From Corynebacterium amycolatum (lineage in GTDB: Bacteria > Actinomycetota > Actinomycetes > Mycobacteriales > Mycobacteriaceae): 32,000 nucleotides of DNA. The position numbers were made by a program, and so were the translations under genes. Numbering within the stretch: position 1 is the stretch's first letter; the number at the start of each line of letters is the position of its first letter. The notes beneath the pieces are model-generated. The model searched no databases and was not told where the DNA came from. It worked only from the letters and a program-made list of their open reading frames with translations. The DNA lies in NCBI RefSeq assembly GCF_049243625.1, contig NZ_CP046975.1. One strand, 5' to 3'. Below, piece by piece: positions 17,025-26,761 of the stretch.

Positions 17025-17885
17025 ATGTCCTCTATGTTTGCCTCCTCGAAATCCTCTTTCCGCAGCGCCAAGCGTGTCATCATCAGCGCTGCAGCTCTCA
17101 CCACCGCCTTTGGTATTGGGGCCGGCACTGCCGTTGCCCTGCCAGTTTCCCCAGACCTGCAGTCGCTCAGCCAGAGTGTTCGGGACCTCAAGCTGCCGGA
17201 GATCTCGACTCTGAACCCGGGCGACCTTGCTCCTGAGCTCTCTGAGGTTCTGGATTCCTCTTCGGTGAAGCTGCCGGATTCGGTCGTCACCCTAATCAAT
17301 GAAAACTTCAAGTTCGCTGAAAACAACAAGCAGGTGGCGGACAAGGTCAAAACTCAGCTGCTGAACGCCATCGACAGCCTGCCGCTGCCAGCTGCGCAGA
17401 AGGCCGAAGCCACCCGCGTCGTCAACGAGATTTTCGGTTTGCTGGAGGGCCAAGACAAGCCTTCGCAGCCTGAGCCGGCGCCTGCCCCCGCTCCACAGCC
17501 AGAGCAGAAACCACGCCCTGAACCACGCCCAGAGCCAAACAACCCGTGCCCGCCGAGCGCCCGCGCATGCGTTGACCTGGCTAACCAGAAGACCTGGCTG
17601 CAGGAAAACGGCAACATCACCTACGGCCCGGTGCCCATGTCCTCCGGTATGCCAGGTTACGAAACCACCCGTGGACACTTGAGCGTTACCCGCAAGGTCC
17701 GCGATGAGTGGTCGGTTCCTTACAACGGTCCGATGCCGTTCTCTGTGTACTTCACCAACGACGGTGAGGCTTTCCACGAGGGTTCGGTCAATCAGATGTC
17801 CCACGGCTGCATCCATCTGAATCACGATGATGCCGTGATGTACTTCAACACTCTGCAGGTCGGCGACGGCGTCTACATCTGGTAG
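17025..17885 (+). CDS. L,D-transpeptidase (YkuD domain), secreted
   Basis: It has a signal peptide, a Pro-rich linker (PEPAPAPAPQPEQKPRPEPRPEP) and the catalytic motif SHGCIHL. Confidence 0.88.
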   Translation: MSSMFASSKSSFRSAKRVIISAAALTTAFGIGAGTAVALPVSPDLQSLSQSVRDLKLPEISTLNPGDLAPELSEVLDSSSVKLPDSVVTLINENFKFAENNKQVADKVKTQLLNAIDSLPLPAAQKAEATRVVNEIFGLLEGQDKPSQPEPAPAPAPQPEQKPRPEPRPEPNNPCPPSARACVDLANQKTWLQENGNITYGPVPMSSGMPGYETTRGHLSVTRKVRDEWSVPYNGPMPFSVYFTNDGEAFHEGSVNQMSHGCIHLNHDDAVMYFNTLQVGDGVYIW

Positions 17886-17965
17886 TTACCTGCGCTGATG
17901 CGTTGAAATAATGACCAGGTGACTGAGCCTATTGAGGCATAGGCGCAGTTTCCCTGGCGGTGAAG

Positions 17966-18026
17966 AATGAGCTCGCCCCACTAGATTCTTCCAGTTTGGA
18001 AGACAGTGGGGCGAGCTCATTTTTTG
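17966..18026 (+). terminator. Rho-independent terminator after the L,D-transpeptidase gene
   Basis: A 17-bp stem pairs AATGAGCTCGCCCCACT (17966-17982) with AGTGGGGCGAGCTCATT (18005-18021). TTTTT follows it. It lies between convergent genes. Confidence 0.85.
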
Positions 18027-18125
18027 TTGAGTTACAGTCGCGGATTCAACAGGTGAGGTACACGGCGGCCGTCGATTACGGGTTACCGAAACCCTGCCTA
18101 CTCGTCAGGGTTCCAGTCCAAGGAA

Positions 18126-19322
18126 CTAGTCCACGAAGCTCATTGCGTAGCGGGCAATGGCCAGTTCCTCATTGGTCGGTACCACGAAGACCTTGACCTT
18201 CGAGTCATCCGCAGAGATCAGACGCGGGCCATCATTCGGCTGGGAGTTGCGCTCGTCGTCGATCTTGATGCCAAAGTTCTCGAGCTCAGCCATCGAGTCA
18301 CGGCGGATACCGACGTGATTCTCGCCGACACCGGCAGTGAAGGTGATAGCGTCGAGGCGACCGAGAATCAGCATGTACGAGCCGATGTAGCGGCGCAGCT
18401 GGTGAACGTACATCTGGTATGCAGCCCAAGCATCCGGGTCGTGGTCATCCATGCGCTCCTGCAGGACTCGGAAGTCATTGACACCAGAGACACCCTTCAA
18501 ACCGGACTGGCGGTTGCACAGATTGTCGATCTCATCGATGCTCATGCCGTTGCGGTAAAGGTGGAAGATGACGCCCGGGTCAATGTCACCGGTACGAGTG
18601 CCCATCATCAGACCAGCCAGCGGGGTCAGCCCCATCGAGGTATCCACCGCCTGGCCACCTCGGATAGCCGCACACGACGCACCGTTACCCAGGTGCAGCG
18701 TAATCTGGTTGATTTCCCCTGCCGGCTTATTCAGAAGGTCCGGCACCTGCTTGGAAACAAACTCATGCGAGGTGCCGTGGAAGCCGTAACGACGGATATC
18801 AAACTTCGATGCGACCTCTGCATTTAGCGGGTACAGAGCAGCAGCTGGTGGCATGGTGTGGAAGAAACCAGTGTCGAAGACGGCGACGTGCGGCACGTCG
18901 GGAAGCAGCTTGCGAGACTCTTCGATGCCTACGATATTGGCCGGGTTGTGCAGCGGCGCCAGCGGAATAAGATCGCGGATCATGCCGACGATCTCGTCGG
19001 TAATCAGCTCCGGTCCAGAGAACAGGCGACCACCGTGAACGACACGGTGACCGACGGCGGCAATATCCACCGACTCCGGACCAACACCGTGCTCATCCAT
19101 CAGCTCGAACGCGCGGTCAAGGCCACTGGCGTGGTCAGCGATAGGCTCAGTGATTTCAATCTTCTGTCCGGAGAACTTCAGATTAATAATGCCGTCTTCT
19201 TCACCAATGCGCTCCACCAGACCGGAGACATACGGCGGCTGCGTTGAGTCCTTCTCCGGATCTACCAGCTGAAACTTGATAGAGGAGGAACCGGAGTTCA
19301 AAACAAGTACGTGACGGGACAT
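18126..19322 (-). CDS. ackA: Acetate kinase
   Basis: The N-terminal [15 protein letters not shown] is present, with a full-length acetokinase signature. The SD GGAGGAAAC lies within the pta 3' end. Confidence 0.95.
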   Translation of the reverse strand: MSRHVLVLNSGSSSIKFQLVDPEKDSTQPPYVSGLVERIGEEDGIINLKFSGQKIEITEPIADHASGLDRAFELMDEHGVGPESVDIAAVGHRVVHGGRLFSGPELITDEIVGMIRDLIPLAPLHNPANIVGIEESRKLLPDVPHVAVFDTGFFHTMPPAAALYPLNAEVASKFDIRRYGFHGTSHEFVSKQVPDLLNKPAGEINQITLHLGNGASCAAIRGGQAVDTSMGLTPLAGLMMGTRTGDIDPGVIFHLYRNGMSIDEIDNLCNRQSGLKGVSGVNDFRVLQERMDDHDPDAWAAYQMYVHQLRRYIGSYMLILGRLDAITFTAGVGENHVGIRRDSMAELENFGIKIDDERNSQPNDGPRLISADDSKVKVFVVPTNEELAIARYAMSFVD

Positions 19323-19327
19323 AATAA

Positions 19328-20854
19328 TTAGTTTCCTCCAGCCTGAATAGCGGTAATTGCAACCGTGTTGATGATGTCCGGCACCGTGGCACCACGGGAA
19401 AGGTCGTTGACCGGCTTGTTCAAGCCCTGCAGAATCGGGCCGATTGCCAATGCACCACCACAGCGCTGGGCAATCTTGTACCCGATGTTACCGGCGTCCA
19501 GATCCGGGAACACGAAAACAGTTGCCTTACCCGCAACGGAGGAATCCGGCATCTTCTTCGCAGCCACAGACGGGTCAATAGCAGCATCGAACTGCAGCGG
19601 ACCATCGACGGCGAGGTCCGGAGCCAGCTCCTTGGCCTTGGCCAGGCCCGCCTTCACACGGTCAACATCCTCACCTGTGCCGGATGCTCCAGTGGAGTAG
19701 CTCAGCATGGCAACGCGGGCGTCGATACCGAAGGAAGCTGCAGTCTCGGCGGATACTACCGCGATTTCACCCAGCTGTTCCGGAGCCGGCTTCGGCAGCA
19801 CCGCACAGTCCGCAAAACCCCACAGCGAGTTGTCCATAACCATGAGAAACAGCGACGACACCGTGGAAGCCGACGGCTTGGTCTTAATGATTTGCAAGGA
19901 CGGACGAATGGTGTGCGCAGTTGTGTGGGCTGCACCGGACACCATGCCGTCGACAAGCCCGTTGTGAATCATCATCGTCGCAAAGTAGGAGATGTCCTGC
20001 ATCGTCTCACGGGCCTGCTCCAGCGTGACCCCCTTGGCTTTGCGCATCTCTGCGAACTGTTCCGCGAACTGCTCAACATATTCGGAGGTCTGTGGGTTCC
20101 AGAGATGGGCGGCGTCGATGTCAAAACCCAGTTCGGCGGCGCGCGCCTTCATAGGATCCGGGTCACCGAGGATAGTGAGCTCACAGATGTCCTCGCGCAG
20201 GAGGTAATCAGCGGCCTCAAGAATGCGGTCATCGTCCCCCTCTGGCAGCACAATGTGGCGCTTATCAGCCTTGGCGCGCTGCAACAGCCACCACTGGAAA
20301 CGCTGTGGAGTCATCACTGCGGTGACCTCGCGGCTTACGACCTTGCGAAGCCCCTCAGCATCGTCAACGGCAACAACGGGAACGTCGAGCTCGAAAGTCT
20401 TAGCAGCCTCGGCTGCTTCCTCCCCTGTGAGAACAACAGCGAGTACCTCGCTGTGACGCTGAGCTGCACTGCTGAGCGCCAAACGAACGCGAGCCTTCGC
20501 GGCCTCTGTGTGGCAGCCCTCGCCACCAGCGACAACGATGACACCGGCACCGGCGACGGTGGCAATGCGGAAGTCAAAATCGAGGTTGCCGGAGCCGGTC
20601 AGAACAGCCGCCCCCTCGTTAGCAGCGCGGTCAGCCTCAACAGCACTGACGATGGTGTCAAGCGCGGATTCCGGATCCACAACAACCTGATCCACAGTGG
20701 CGCCGTGAGCCCCACCGACAGTGTGGAGGCAACGTGCCCCACCCAGTGCCTCAGACAATGCCGTAATGACATCCTGTAGATCGTCCGCGCGGTCCACTGA
20801 AGTAATCAGGACTGCGGAGTTGTTGGTGGACGCTTGGGCGTTCTTATCGCTCAC
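19328..20854 (-). CDS. pta: Phosphate acetyltransferase (long form with N-terminal regulatory extension)
   Basis: The C-terminal PTA_PTB domain is indicated by [13 protein letters not shown] and [13 protein letters not shown] 20854 has a GAAAGGAA SD. Only 5 nt separate it from ackA. Confidence 0.93.
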   Translation of the reverse strand: MSDKNAQASTNNSAVLITSVDRADDLQDVITALSEALGGARCLHTVGGAHGATVDQVVVDPESALDTIVSAVEADRAANEGAAVLTGSGNLDFDFRIATVAGAGVIVVAGGEGCHTEAAKARVRLALSSAAQRHSEVLAVVLTGEEAAEAAKTFELDVPVVAVDDAEGLRKVVSREVTAVMTPQRFQWWLLQRAKADKRHIVLPEGDDDRILEAADYLLREDICELTILGDPDPMKARAAELGFDIDAAHLWNPQTSEYVEQFAEQFAEMRKAKGVTLEQARETMQDISYFATMMIHNGLVDGMVSGAAHTTAHTIRPSLQIIKTKPSASTVSSLFLMVMDNSLWGFADCAVLPKPAPEQLGEIAVVSAETAASFGIDARVAMLSYSTGASGTGEDVDRVKAGLAKAKELAPDLAVDGPLQFDAAIDPSVAAKKMPDSSVAGKATVFVFPDLDAGNIGYKIAQRCGGALAIGPILQGLNKPVNDLSRGATVPDIINTVAITAIQAGGN

Positions 20855-21082
20855 CGACGTTCCTTTCTCGCACTGCGCTTAATCGTTGACTTATTTGAAC
20901 GTTGACTTGGCTCGAGCCATTGGACTGCCGGAGGCTCAAGATCATGCTGAGCTTCCAATCCCGCTGAGTCCCAAATCATTATTTTCATCTTATTGTGAGT
21001 CACCTTACATCTCACGACGGACTCAAACCTCTTTGGTTACCCCTGGTAGCCACACTTTTCCCCACAGATTCCAACAGTTTTC

Positions 21083-21112
21083 CCGCATAATCGCGGCTTT
21101 TATGCGGTTTTT
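21083..21112 (+). terminator. Orphan terminator-like hairpin in the pta/fprA intergenic region
   Basis: CCGCATAA (21083-21090) pairs with TTATGCGG (21100-21107) around a 9-nt loop. TTTTT (21108-21112) follows. No annotated plus-strand gene lies upstream of it. Confidence 0.4.
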
Positions 21113-21368
21113 CTAGTGAACTAGCCCAAATTCCCACATTGGGCGTGACTAAGGTCACATTTAGTTTTGTCTGCCTTCAAAAGCATCTCGCCGATGATGT
21201 GATGCTCGCCTCTCGATTTTTCGTAAGTTATCGCTACGATTGGGGGCGCTACCATTGGGAATGTCGAATAAACCAATAACTCCTTTCCCCACGAGGTCAC
21301 CGCTGGCAGCTACTTACGCCGCGGCCTCGTGGCCGTCGTAAAGCATTAGAGAAAGAAGGACACGCTTC

Positions 21369-22757
21369 ATGAATCGCCCGCTCCGCGTTGCCGTAATTGG
21401 CTCTGGCCCGGCCGGTGTTTATGCTTCCGATGCACTGATGAAATCCAGTACTGACGTGGAAGTCGATCTGTTTGAAAAGATGCCGGCTCCATTTGGTCTA
21501 ATCCGCTACGGTGTCGCCCCCGACCACCCACGTATCAAGGGCATCATTATGGCCTTACACCGTGTGATGGAAAAGCCGGAGCTGCGCCTGTTTTCCAACG
21601 TTGAGTTCGGCAAGGACATCACGCTCGACGAATTAAAGGAGCATTACGACGCCGTCATCTTCGCCACCGGTGCCGTCGGCGACCGCGCACTGCCGACTCC
21701 GGGAGCAGACCTGCCGGAGCACTTCGGCGCAGGTGAATTCGTGGGCTTCTACGACGGCAATCCGCTCTTTGAGCGCACCTGGGATCTCTCGGCGGAGTCC
21801 GTGGCCGTCGTTGGCGTAGGCAACGTCGCGCTGGATGTCTCTCGAATCCTGGCGAAGACCGGTGAGGAACTGCACGTCACAGAGATCCCGGACAATGTTT
21901 ACGAAGTTCTGAAGACAAATAAGGCCAAGGAAGTCCACGTCTTCGGCCGCCGTGGCCCGGCACAGGCAAAGTTCACTCCGCTGGAGCTCAAGGAACTCGA
22001 CTACTCACCGAACGTCGAGGTCGTTGTCGATCCGCGCGACATTGACTACGACTCCGCATCCGAGATTATGCGTCGCAACTCCAAGATTACTGACCAGGTC
22101 TGCACCATCTTGGAGAACTACGCCATCCGTGAACCGAAGAACGCACCGCACAAGCTCTACATTCACTTCTTCGAGTCGCCAGTGGAAATCCTCAGCGAGG
22201 AGGGTGCCGACGGCCAGCAGCATGTGGTCGGCTTGCGCACTCAGCGCATGGAATACGACGGTGCTGGCGGACTGCGGCCGACCGGCGAGACTACCGACTG
22301 GAAGGTCGGCGCTGTCTACTCCGCCGTGGGCTACCGCTCTGATGCACTGCCGGGTATCCCGTTCGACAACGTGAAGAATGTCATTTCCAACGTCGGTGGT
22401 CGAGTCATCGAATCCGACAACACCGAGGATGAAGCAGCCGAGGCCATCACTGGCCTCTACACCACCGGTTGGGTTCGCCGCGGGCCGGTCGGTCTGATTG
22501 GTAATACCAAAGGCGATGCCAACGAGGCCGTGGCCAATCTGCTGGCCGATGCCGCAGAGGGCAAGAAATTCACCCCGTCGAAGCCGGAGTTGTCCGCTGT
22601 CAACGAGCTGCTGGAGTCAAAGGGCATCGACTACCTGGACTGGGAGGGCTGGCACAAGCTCGATGCTGCCGAACGCACCGCCGGCGAGGCCGAGGGCCGC
22701 GAACGCAAGAAGTATGTCGAATGGGATGAGATGGTCACCCACTCCAAGGGCGAGTAA
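21369..22757 (+). CDS. fprA: NADPH:ferredoxin (adrenodoxin-type) reductase, FprA family
   Basis: It carries the FAD-binding motif VAVIGSGPAGVYA, FGLIRYGVAPDHP, the NADP site VAVVGVGNVALD and LYTTGWVRRGP. Its position next to pta matches C. glutamicum fprA as I recall. Confidence 0.9.
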   Translation: MNRPLRVAVIGSGPAGVYASDALMKSSTDVEVDLFEKMPAPFGLIRYGVAPDHPRIKGIIMALHRVMEKPELRLFSNVEFGKDITLDELKEHYDAVIFATGAVGDRALPTPGADLPEHFGAGEFVGFYDGNPLFERTWDLSAESVAVVGVGNVALDVSRILAKTGEELHVTEIPDNVYEVLKTNKAKEVHVFGRRGPAQAKFTPLELKELDYSPNVEVVVDPRDIDYDSASEIMRRNSKITDQVCTILENYAIREPKNAPHKLYIHFFESPVEILSEEGADGQQHVVGLRTQRMEYDGAGGLRPTGETTDWKVGAVYSAVGYRSDALPGIPFDNVKNVISNVGGRVIESDNTEDEAAEAITGLYTTGWVRRGPVGLIGNTKGDANEAVANLLADAAEGKKFTPSKPELSAVNELLESKGIDYLDWEGWHKLDAAERTAGEAEGRERKKYVEWDEMVTHSKGE

Positions 22758-22790
22758 CGGCGAGTAACGAGGGCGGATAGAAAGCGCCGG

Positions 22791-23564
22791 CTACGCCACT
22801 ACCTGCACATCCGTGTACGCAGCGCGCGAGTCCCAGCGGCAGCACACGATCGGCGCCAACAGCTCGGCCAATGGCTCACCGAAAGCCACCTGGCCAGCAC
22901 CGGCGGCAGCGCCCGCATCGAGGACTCGATCCCACAGTAGGCCCGGCGCGGTAAACAGCGGCACCACTACGAGTCCGCGACCGCGCTTGGCCGCGCGCTC
23001 CTGTGCCACGGCCACAGCATCGGATCCCTTAATCTTCTCAGGACCGACCACGAATGCTGCACTCACATGTCCCGGCAGCATCCCGCCAAGATTTGCCGCA
23101 AATTGGTGCACCGCCGCATTGGCCTCCTCATCAGAGGAGCCGACCCCCATCACCAGCGCATCGACCGGCCAGGAAAAAGATGCATTCTCCGCCGCTTCAA
23201 TGATTCGCTTCACGACGGCGCGCTTCGTGCCGTCGCCAAGCCCGAGTCCTTCAGCCACTGTGATGTCAACACCATGCCGATTGCAGAGTCGAACCTGCTC
23301 GGGAACATCGACTCGCGAGTGGAACGCATCAGTGAACAGCAGCGGTACGGCCAGTGCGCGAGTCTCGCCGGCAGCGGCGAGGTCGGCACAGACGGCATCT
23401 AGCGAGGGCTCGTCGAGGTCCAGCCAGGCGAGGCGAATCTGAGAGGGAGCGTCCAGACGGGTGAGCGGCATCTTCTCGCGCACGAGTGCGACCACCTCTT
23501 CGAGCACCGGTTTGGTCTCTGGGTGCCGGGAACCGTGCGCAAGCAGAATCAGTGCGGTCATCAA
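22791..23564 (-). CDS. cysY: Sirohydrochlorin ferrochelatase (CbiX/SirB family)
   Basis: ILLAHGSRHPE is present within a duplicated CbiX-type fold. It is the last gene of the cys operon and has a GAGGAGA SD. Confidence 0.8.
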   Translation of the reverse strand: MMTALILLAHGSRHPETKPVLEEVVALVREKMPLTRLDAPSQIRLAWLDLDEPSLDAVCADLAAAGETRALAVPLLFTDAFHSRVDVPEQVRLCNRHGVDITVAEGLGLGDGTKRAVVKRIIEAAENASFSWPVDALVMGVGSSDEEANAAVHQFAANLGGMLPGHVSAAFVVGPEKIKGSDAVAVAQERAAKRGRGLVVVPLFTAPGLLWDRVLDAGAAAGAGQVAFGEPLAELLAPIVCCRWDSRAAYTDVQVVA

Positions 23565-23616
23565 TGGTCTCCTCAGGCTCGCTAGCTGTGCTTTCTGGTT
23601 TTTCTACCTGGCAGCT

Positions 23617-24918
23617 CTACTGGGCAGCGCCACGCACGAGGCCAGCGGTGAGAGTGTCACCGGTGCCCGGCTCAATAAGCAGGAAGGCACCGACACGACC
23701 ACCGACGCGGTAGGCATCGACCGGGAGCGGCTGCGCGACCTCGATGGTCACCTCAGCGACATCATTGACCGCGAGCTGGTCGGCAACGCCGGTGGGCTCA
23801 CCGGTCTCGATGTCGATAAGGGCATCGACGGAAGCGATACGCCCACGCACCAGCGCGGCACCGTAGCGCACCTCAACGACACGACCGACTGCCAGCGGCT
23901 TGTCCGCAAGGTGGACAGCCACGGCGGAGAAACGGCGGACGTCCTCCGGACGGGTGCCACTGATGAGATCACCACGGGCGAGGTCGAACTCGGCATCCAA
24001 GCTGATGGCAACCGACTGACCGGCCACGGCCTCAGTGACATCCTCGGCTGCCACGGTGATCTTCGTGACAGTAGCCTGACGGTTGGCGTCTACGGAGACA
24101 ACATCGCCCACGCGCACGCTACCTGCGGCGATACGGCCGGCGTAACCACGGTATTCAGTGGCGTGATCACGAATGACGTAGTCGATGGGCAGGCGTAGGT
24201 CGGCCTCGGCATCGGTTTCCAGGTCGGCACCGATGTTGAGGTTTTCCAGCAGCTCCAACACAGTCGGCCCCTCGTACCACGGGGTATGCTCAGAAGGATC
24301 GACAATGTTGTCGCCGACCAAAGCCGACACTGGAACAACGAAGGTGTTCTGCAGACCCAAGCGCTCTGCCAGCACTGCTACATCCGACTCAATCTTGCGG
24401 AAGGCTTCTTCGCTGTAGTCCAGCAGGTCGATCTTGTTGACGGCAAAGATTACGTGGCGAACACCCAGCAGACCGGCCACAGTTGCGTGTCGCTTGGTCT
24501 GCGTCACGACGCCGTTACGTGCGTCGATAAGCAAAACGACGGCCTCAGCGGTGGACATACCAGTGATGGTGTTTCGGGTGTACTGCTCGTGACCAGGGCA
24601 GTCGGCCAAGATGAACGAGCGGACGTCGGTGGCGAAGTAGCGGTAGGCAACGTCGATCGTGATGCCCTGCTCACGCTCGGCCCGCAGACCATCAACCAGC
24701 AACGAGAGGTCAGGATTTTCCTGACCGCGCGCCTGCGAGGAGGCGACGACGGCCTCGTACTGGTCAGCGAGGATGTTCTTCGTGTCGTGCAGCAAACGCC
24801 CGACAAAGGTCGACTTACCGTCGTCGACGGAGCCAGCGGTGCACAGGCGAAGAGTGCGACGAGCGCGAGTGGCGCGGTCGGCGGTAATCAGGGTAGCTGG
24901 GGAATTTGGCTGGCTCAT
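23617..24918 (-). CDS. cysN: Sulfate adenylyltransferase subunit 1 (GTPase), no APS-kinase domain
   Basis: The G1 motif GSVDDGKST and DCPGHEQY are present. Its start overlaps the cysD stop (TGATG). Confidence 0.93.
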   Translation of the reverse strand: MSQPNSPATLITADRATRARRTLRLCTAGSVDDGKSTFVGRLLHDTKNILADQYEAVVASSQARGQENPDLSLLVDGLRAEREQGITIDVAYRYFATDVRSFILADCPGHEQYTRNTITGMSTAEAVVLLIDARNGVVTQTKRHATVAGLLGVRHVIFAVNKIDLLDYSEEAFRKIESDVAVLAERLGLQNTFVVPVSALVGDNIVDPSEHTPWYEGPTVLELLENLNIGADLETDAEADLRLPIDYVIRDHATEYRGYAGRIAAGSVRVGDVVSVDANRQATVTKITVAAEDVTEAVAGQSVAISLDAEFDLARGDLISGTRPEDVRRFSAVAVHLADKPLAVGRVVEVRYGAALVRGRIASVDALIDIETGEPTGVADQLAVNDVAEVTIEVAQPLPVDAYRVGGRVGAFLLIEPGTGDTLTAGLVRGAAQ

Positions 24919-25844
24919 CAGAAGTAACCTTCCTTCTTGCGGTCTTCCATGGAGGATTCGGACAACTTGTCATCTGCGCGGGTAGCGCCGCGCTCGGTGA
25001 GCTTGGATGTGCGAAGTTCCTCCATGACCTCCGCAATAGTGGTGGCAGTCGATTCGACAGCGCCGGTACAGCTCATGTCACCGACAGTGCGATAGCGGAC
25101 AGTGCGAACCTCTAGGGTCTCACCGTCGCGGGGTCCACCCCACTCGCCCGGTGCCAACCACATGCCGCCGCGGTTGAACACCTCACGCTCATGGGCAAAG
25201 TAGATGGGTGGCAGCTCGATGTCACGGGCTTCGATGTAGGCCCAGACGTCGGCCTCGGTCCAGTTCGAGATTGGGAAAACGCGAACGTTCTCTCCAGCGG
25301 CGTGGCGACCGTTGTAGAGCCCCCACAGCTCCGGCCGCTGACGGCGTGGATCCCAACCGCCGAAGGAGTCGCGGACGGAGAACACGCGCTCCTTGGCGCG
25401 GGCCTTCTCCTCATCGCGGCGGGCGCCACCGAGGACGGCGTCGTAACCACGGTTGGCAATGGTCTCCACCAGTGGCACGGTCTGCAAGGGGTTGCGGGTG
25501 CCGTCAGCACGCTCGGTGAGCACACCGCTATCAATCCAGTCTTGGACCTTGGCTACGTGCAGCTTAATGCCCGGCTGAGCGGCAATCTTGTCGCGGAATT
25601 CAATAACTTCGGGGAAGTTGTGGCCGGTGTCGACGTGGAGCAGCTCCAGCGGGATACCCGCCGGTGCGAAGGCGCGCTTGGCCAACTCGAGCACGACGAC
25701 GGAGTCCTTTCCGCCGGAGAAAAGCAGTGCCGGACGGTCAAACTGGCCGGCGGTTTGGCGGATAATGTCGATGGCCTCGGCTTCCAGTTCGGCAAGCCGC
25801 GGGTCGAGGCGGTTTTGTACGGAAACGGTGGTTGAGCTTGTCAT
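24918..25844 (-). CDS. cysD: Sulfate adenylyltransferase subunit 2
   Basis: The PP-loop FSGGKDSVV is present, with a CysD-type C-terminus. Confidence 0.93.
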   Translation of the reverse strand: MTSSTTVSVQNRLDPRLAELEAEAIDIIRQTAGQFDRPALLFSGGKDSVVVLELAKRAFAPAGIPLELLHVDTGHNFPEVIEFRDKIAAQPGIKLHVAKVQDWIDSGVLTERADGTRNPLQTVPLVETIANRGYDAVLGGARRDEEKARAKERVFSVRDSFGGWDPRRQRPELWGLYNGRHAAGENVRVFPISNWTEADVWAYIEARDIELPPIYFAHEREVFNRGGMWLAPGEWGGPRDGETLEVRTVRYRTVGDMSCTGAVESTATTIAEVMEELRTSKLTERGATRADDKLSESSMEDRKKEGYF

Positions 25845-25862
25845 GGGGTTCTTTCTGTTGTG

Positions 25863-25897
25863 GCTGTGTTAGCTGTGTTAGCTTGTCGGCTGTTTTA
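25863..25897. repeat. Short tandem 9-bp repeats (GCTGTGTTA x2, plus two degenerate units) in the cysH-cysD spacer
   Basis: GCTGTGTTA occurs at 25863-25871 and 25872-25880, followed by GCTTGTCG and GCTGTTTTA. Confidence 0.8.
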
Positions 25898-25996
25898 AAA
25901 AACTGTCTGTATAAGCTGCGGGTCGCAGCTAGCCATGAGCGGCAATTGGCTAGTAGCTAGTGGCTGTCGGTATCGTCTAGCAGCCAGCCGCTCAAA

Positions 25997-26761
25997 CTAG
26001 AGGTGCAATCCGCACTCTGTCTTCTCGCTGCCCGCCCAGCGGCCCGAGCGCGGATCCGCACCCTCTGCCACTCGCGCGGTGCATGTCGCGCAGCCAATCG
26101 ACGGGAACCCCTGTTGTGTCAGCGGATGCACAATGAGGTCGTTATCCTCGATGTACTGGGCAATGTCCTCATCCGTCCAGGTGGCCAGCGGGTTGAGCTT
26201 GATGCGACCGGTCTTATCGATTTCCAGTACCGGCGTGTGTGCGCGGGTCGGCGCGTCGACGCGCTTCAGACCTGTGACCCAACCCTCGTAGGGGCGCTTC
26301 ACAGCTGACAGCGGCTCGACCTTCCGCAGTGCGCAGCATCGCGTCGGGTCGGTCTTGTACAGATCTACGCCCTCTTCAGCATCCTGCTCGGCGCGGGTGC
26401 GCTTCGGCTCAATCGACAGCAGTCGGTTGTCGTAGCGCTGTGCGACCTGTTCTGCCACGTCGAGGGTCTCCGGGAAGTGGTAACCCGTATCCAGGAAAAC
26501 CAGGTCGGCTTCCGGCGCGTGCCGAGCAGCCAGCTCCGCCAATACCGTGTCCTGCATCGACAGGGTCACAGCCAGTGGCGTGTGCAGGTGCTCCGCACCC
26601 CATTCCAGTACTTCCCCGGCAGTGGCAGTCTCCAGCTTGGAGCCCCACTCCAGTGCAAGCTCAATCAGACGGCGAGCAGTTTCCGGATTGTCCAGCACAT
26701 CCTCACGCGCGAGCGCCTCCTGAGTCTTAATGACTTCAGCGGTTTTCAGTCCCGTGCTCAT
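25997..26761 (-). CDS. cysH: Adenylylsulfate (APS)/PAPS reductase, Fe-S type
   Basis: LVFLDTGYHFPETL, the CC pair (RCCALRKVEPL) and the C-terminal CATC...ECGLH cluster are typical of actinobacterial APS reductase. An ATGA overlap links it to cysX. Confidence 0.92.
   Translation of the reverse strand: MSTGLKTAEVIKTQEALAREDVLDNPETARRLIELALEWGSKLETATAGEVLEWGAEHLHTPLAVTLSMQDTVLAELAARHAPEADLVFLDTGYHFPETLDVAEQVAQRYDNRLLSIEPKRTRAEQDAEEGVDLYKTDPTRCCALRKVEPLSAVKRPYEGWVTGLKRVDAPTRAHTPVLEIDKTGRIKLNPLATWTDEDIAQYIEDNDLIVHPLTQQGFPSIGCATCTARVAEGADPRSGRWAGSEKTECGLHL

Noticed and set aside
19892-20779. A 295-aa ORF lies antisense to pta.
   Set aside because: It is a shadow ORF opposite a gene with unambiguous Pta motifs, and it has no recognisable domain or RBS.
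20886-21116. A 76-codon ORF lies in the pta/fprA intergenic region and could be a protein-coding gene.
   Set aside because: By eye its third-position GC is much lower than in neighbouring genes. It has a TTG start without an SD and no recognisable motif. I kept the region only as a possible non-coding RNA region.
22749-22768. A 10-bp tandem duplication, GGCGAGTAAC x2, spans the fprA stop codon.
   Set aside because: The second copy lies after the stop and does not change the protein. It is probably a trivial slippage scar in the 33-bp convergent gap.
23461-25835. Several 200-245-aa plus-strand ORFs (23461-24198, 24286-24927, 25191-25835) lie opposite cysN and cysD.
   Set aside because: They are shadow ORFs of GC-rich genes. 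The minus strand encodes CysN and CysD with canonical GTPase and PP-loop motifs.
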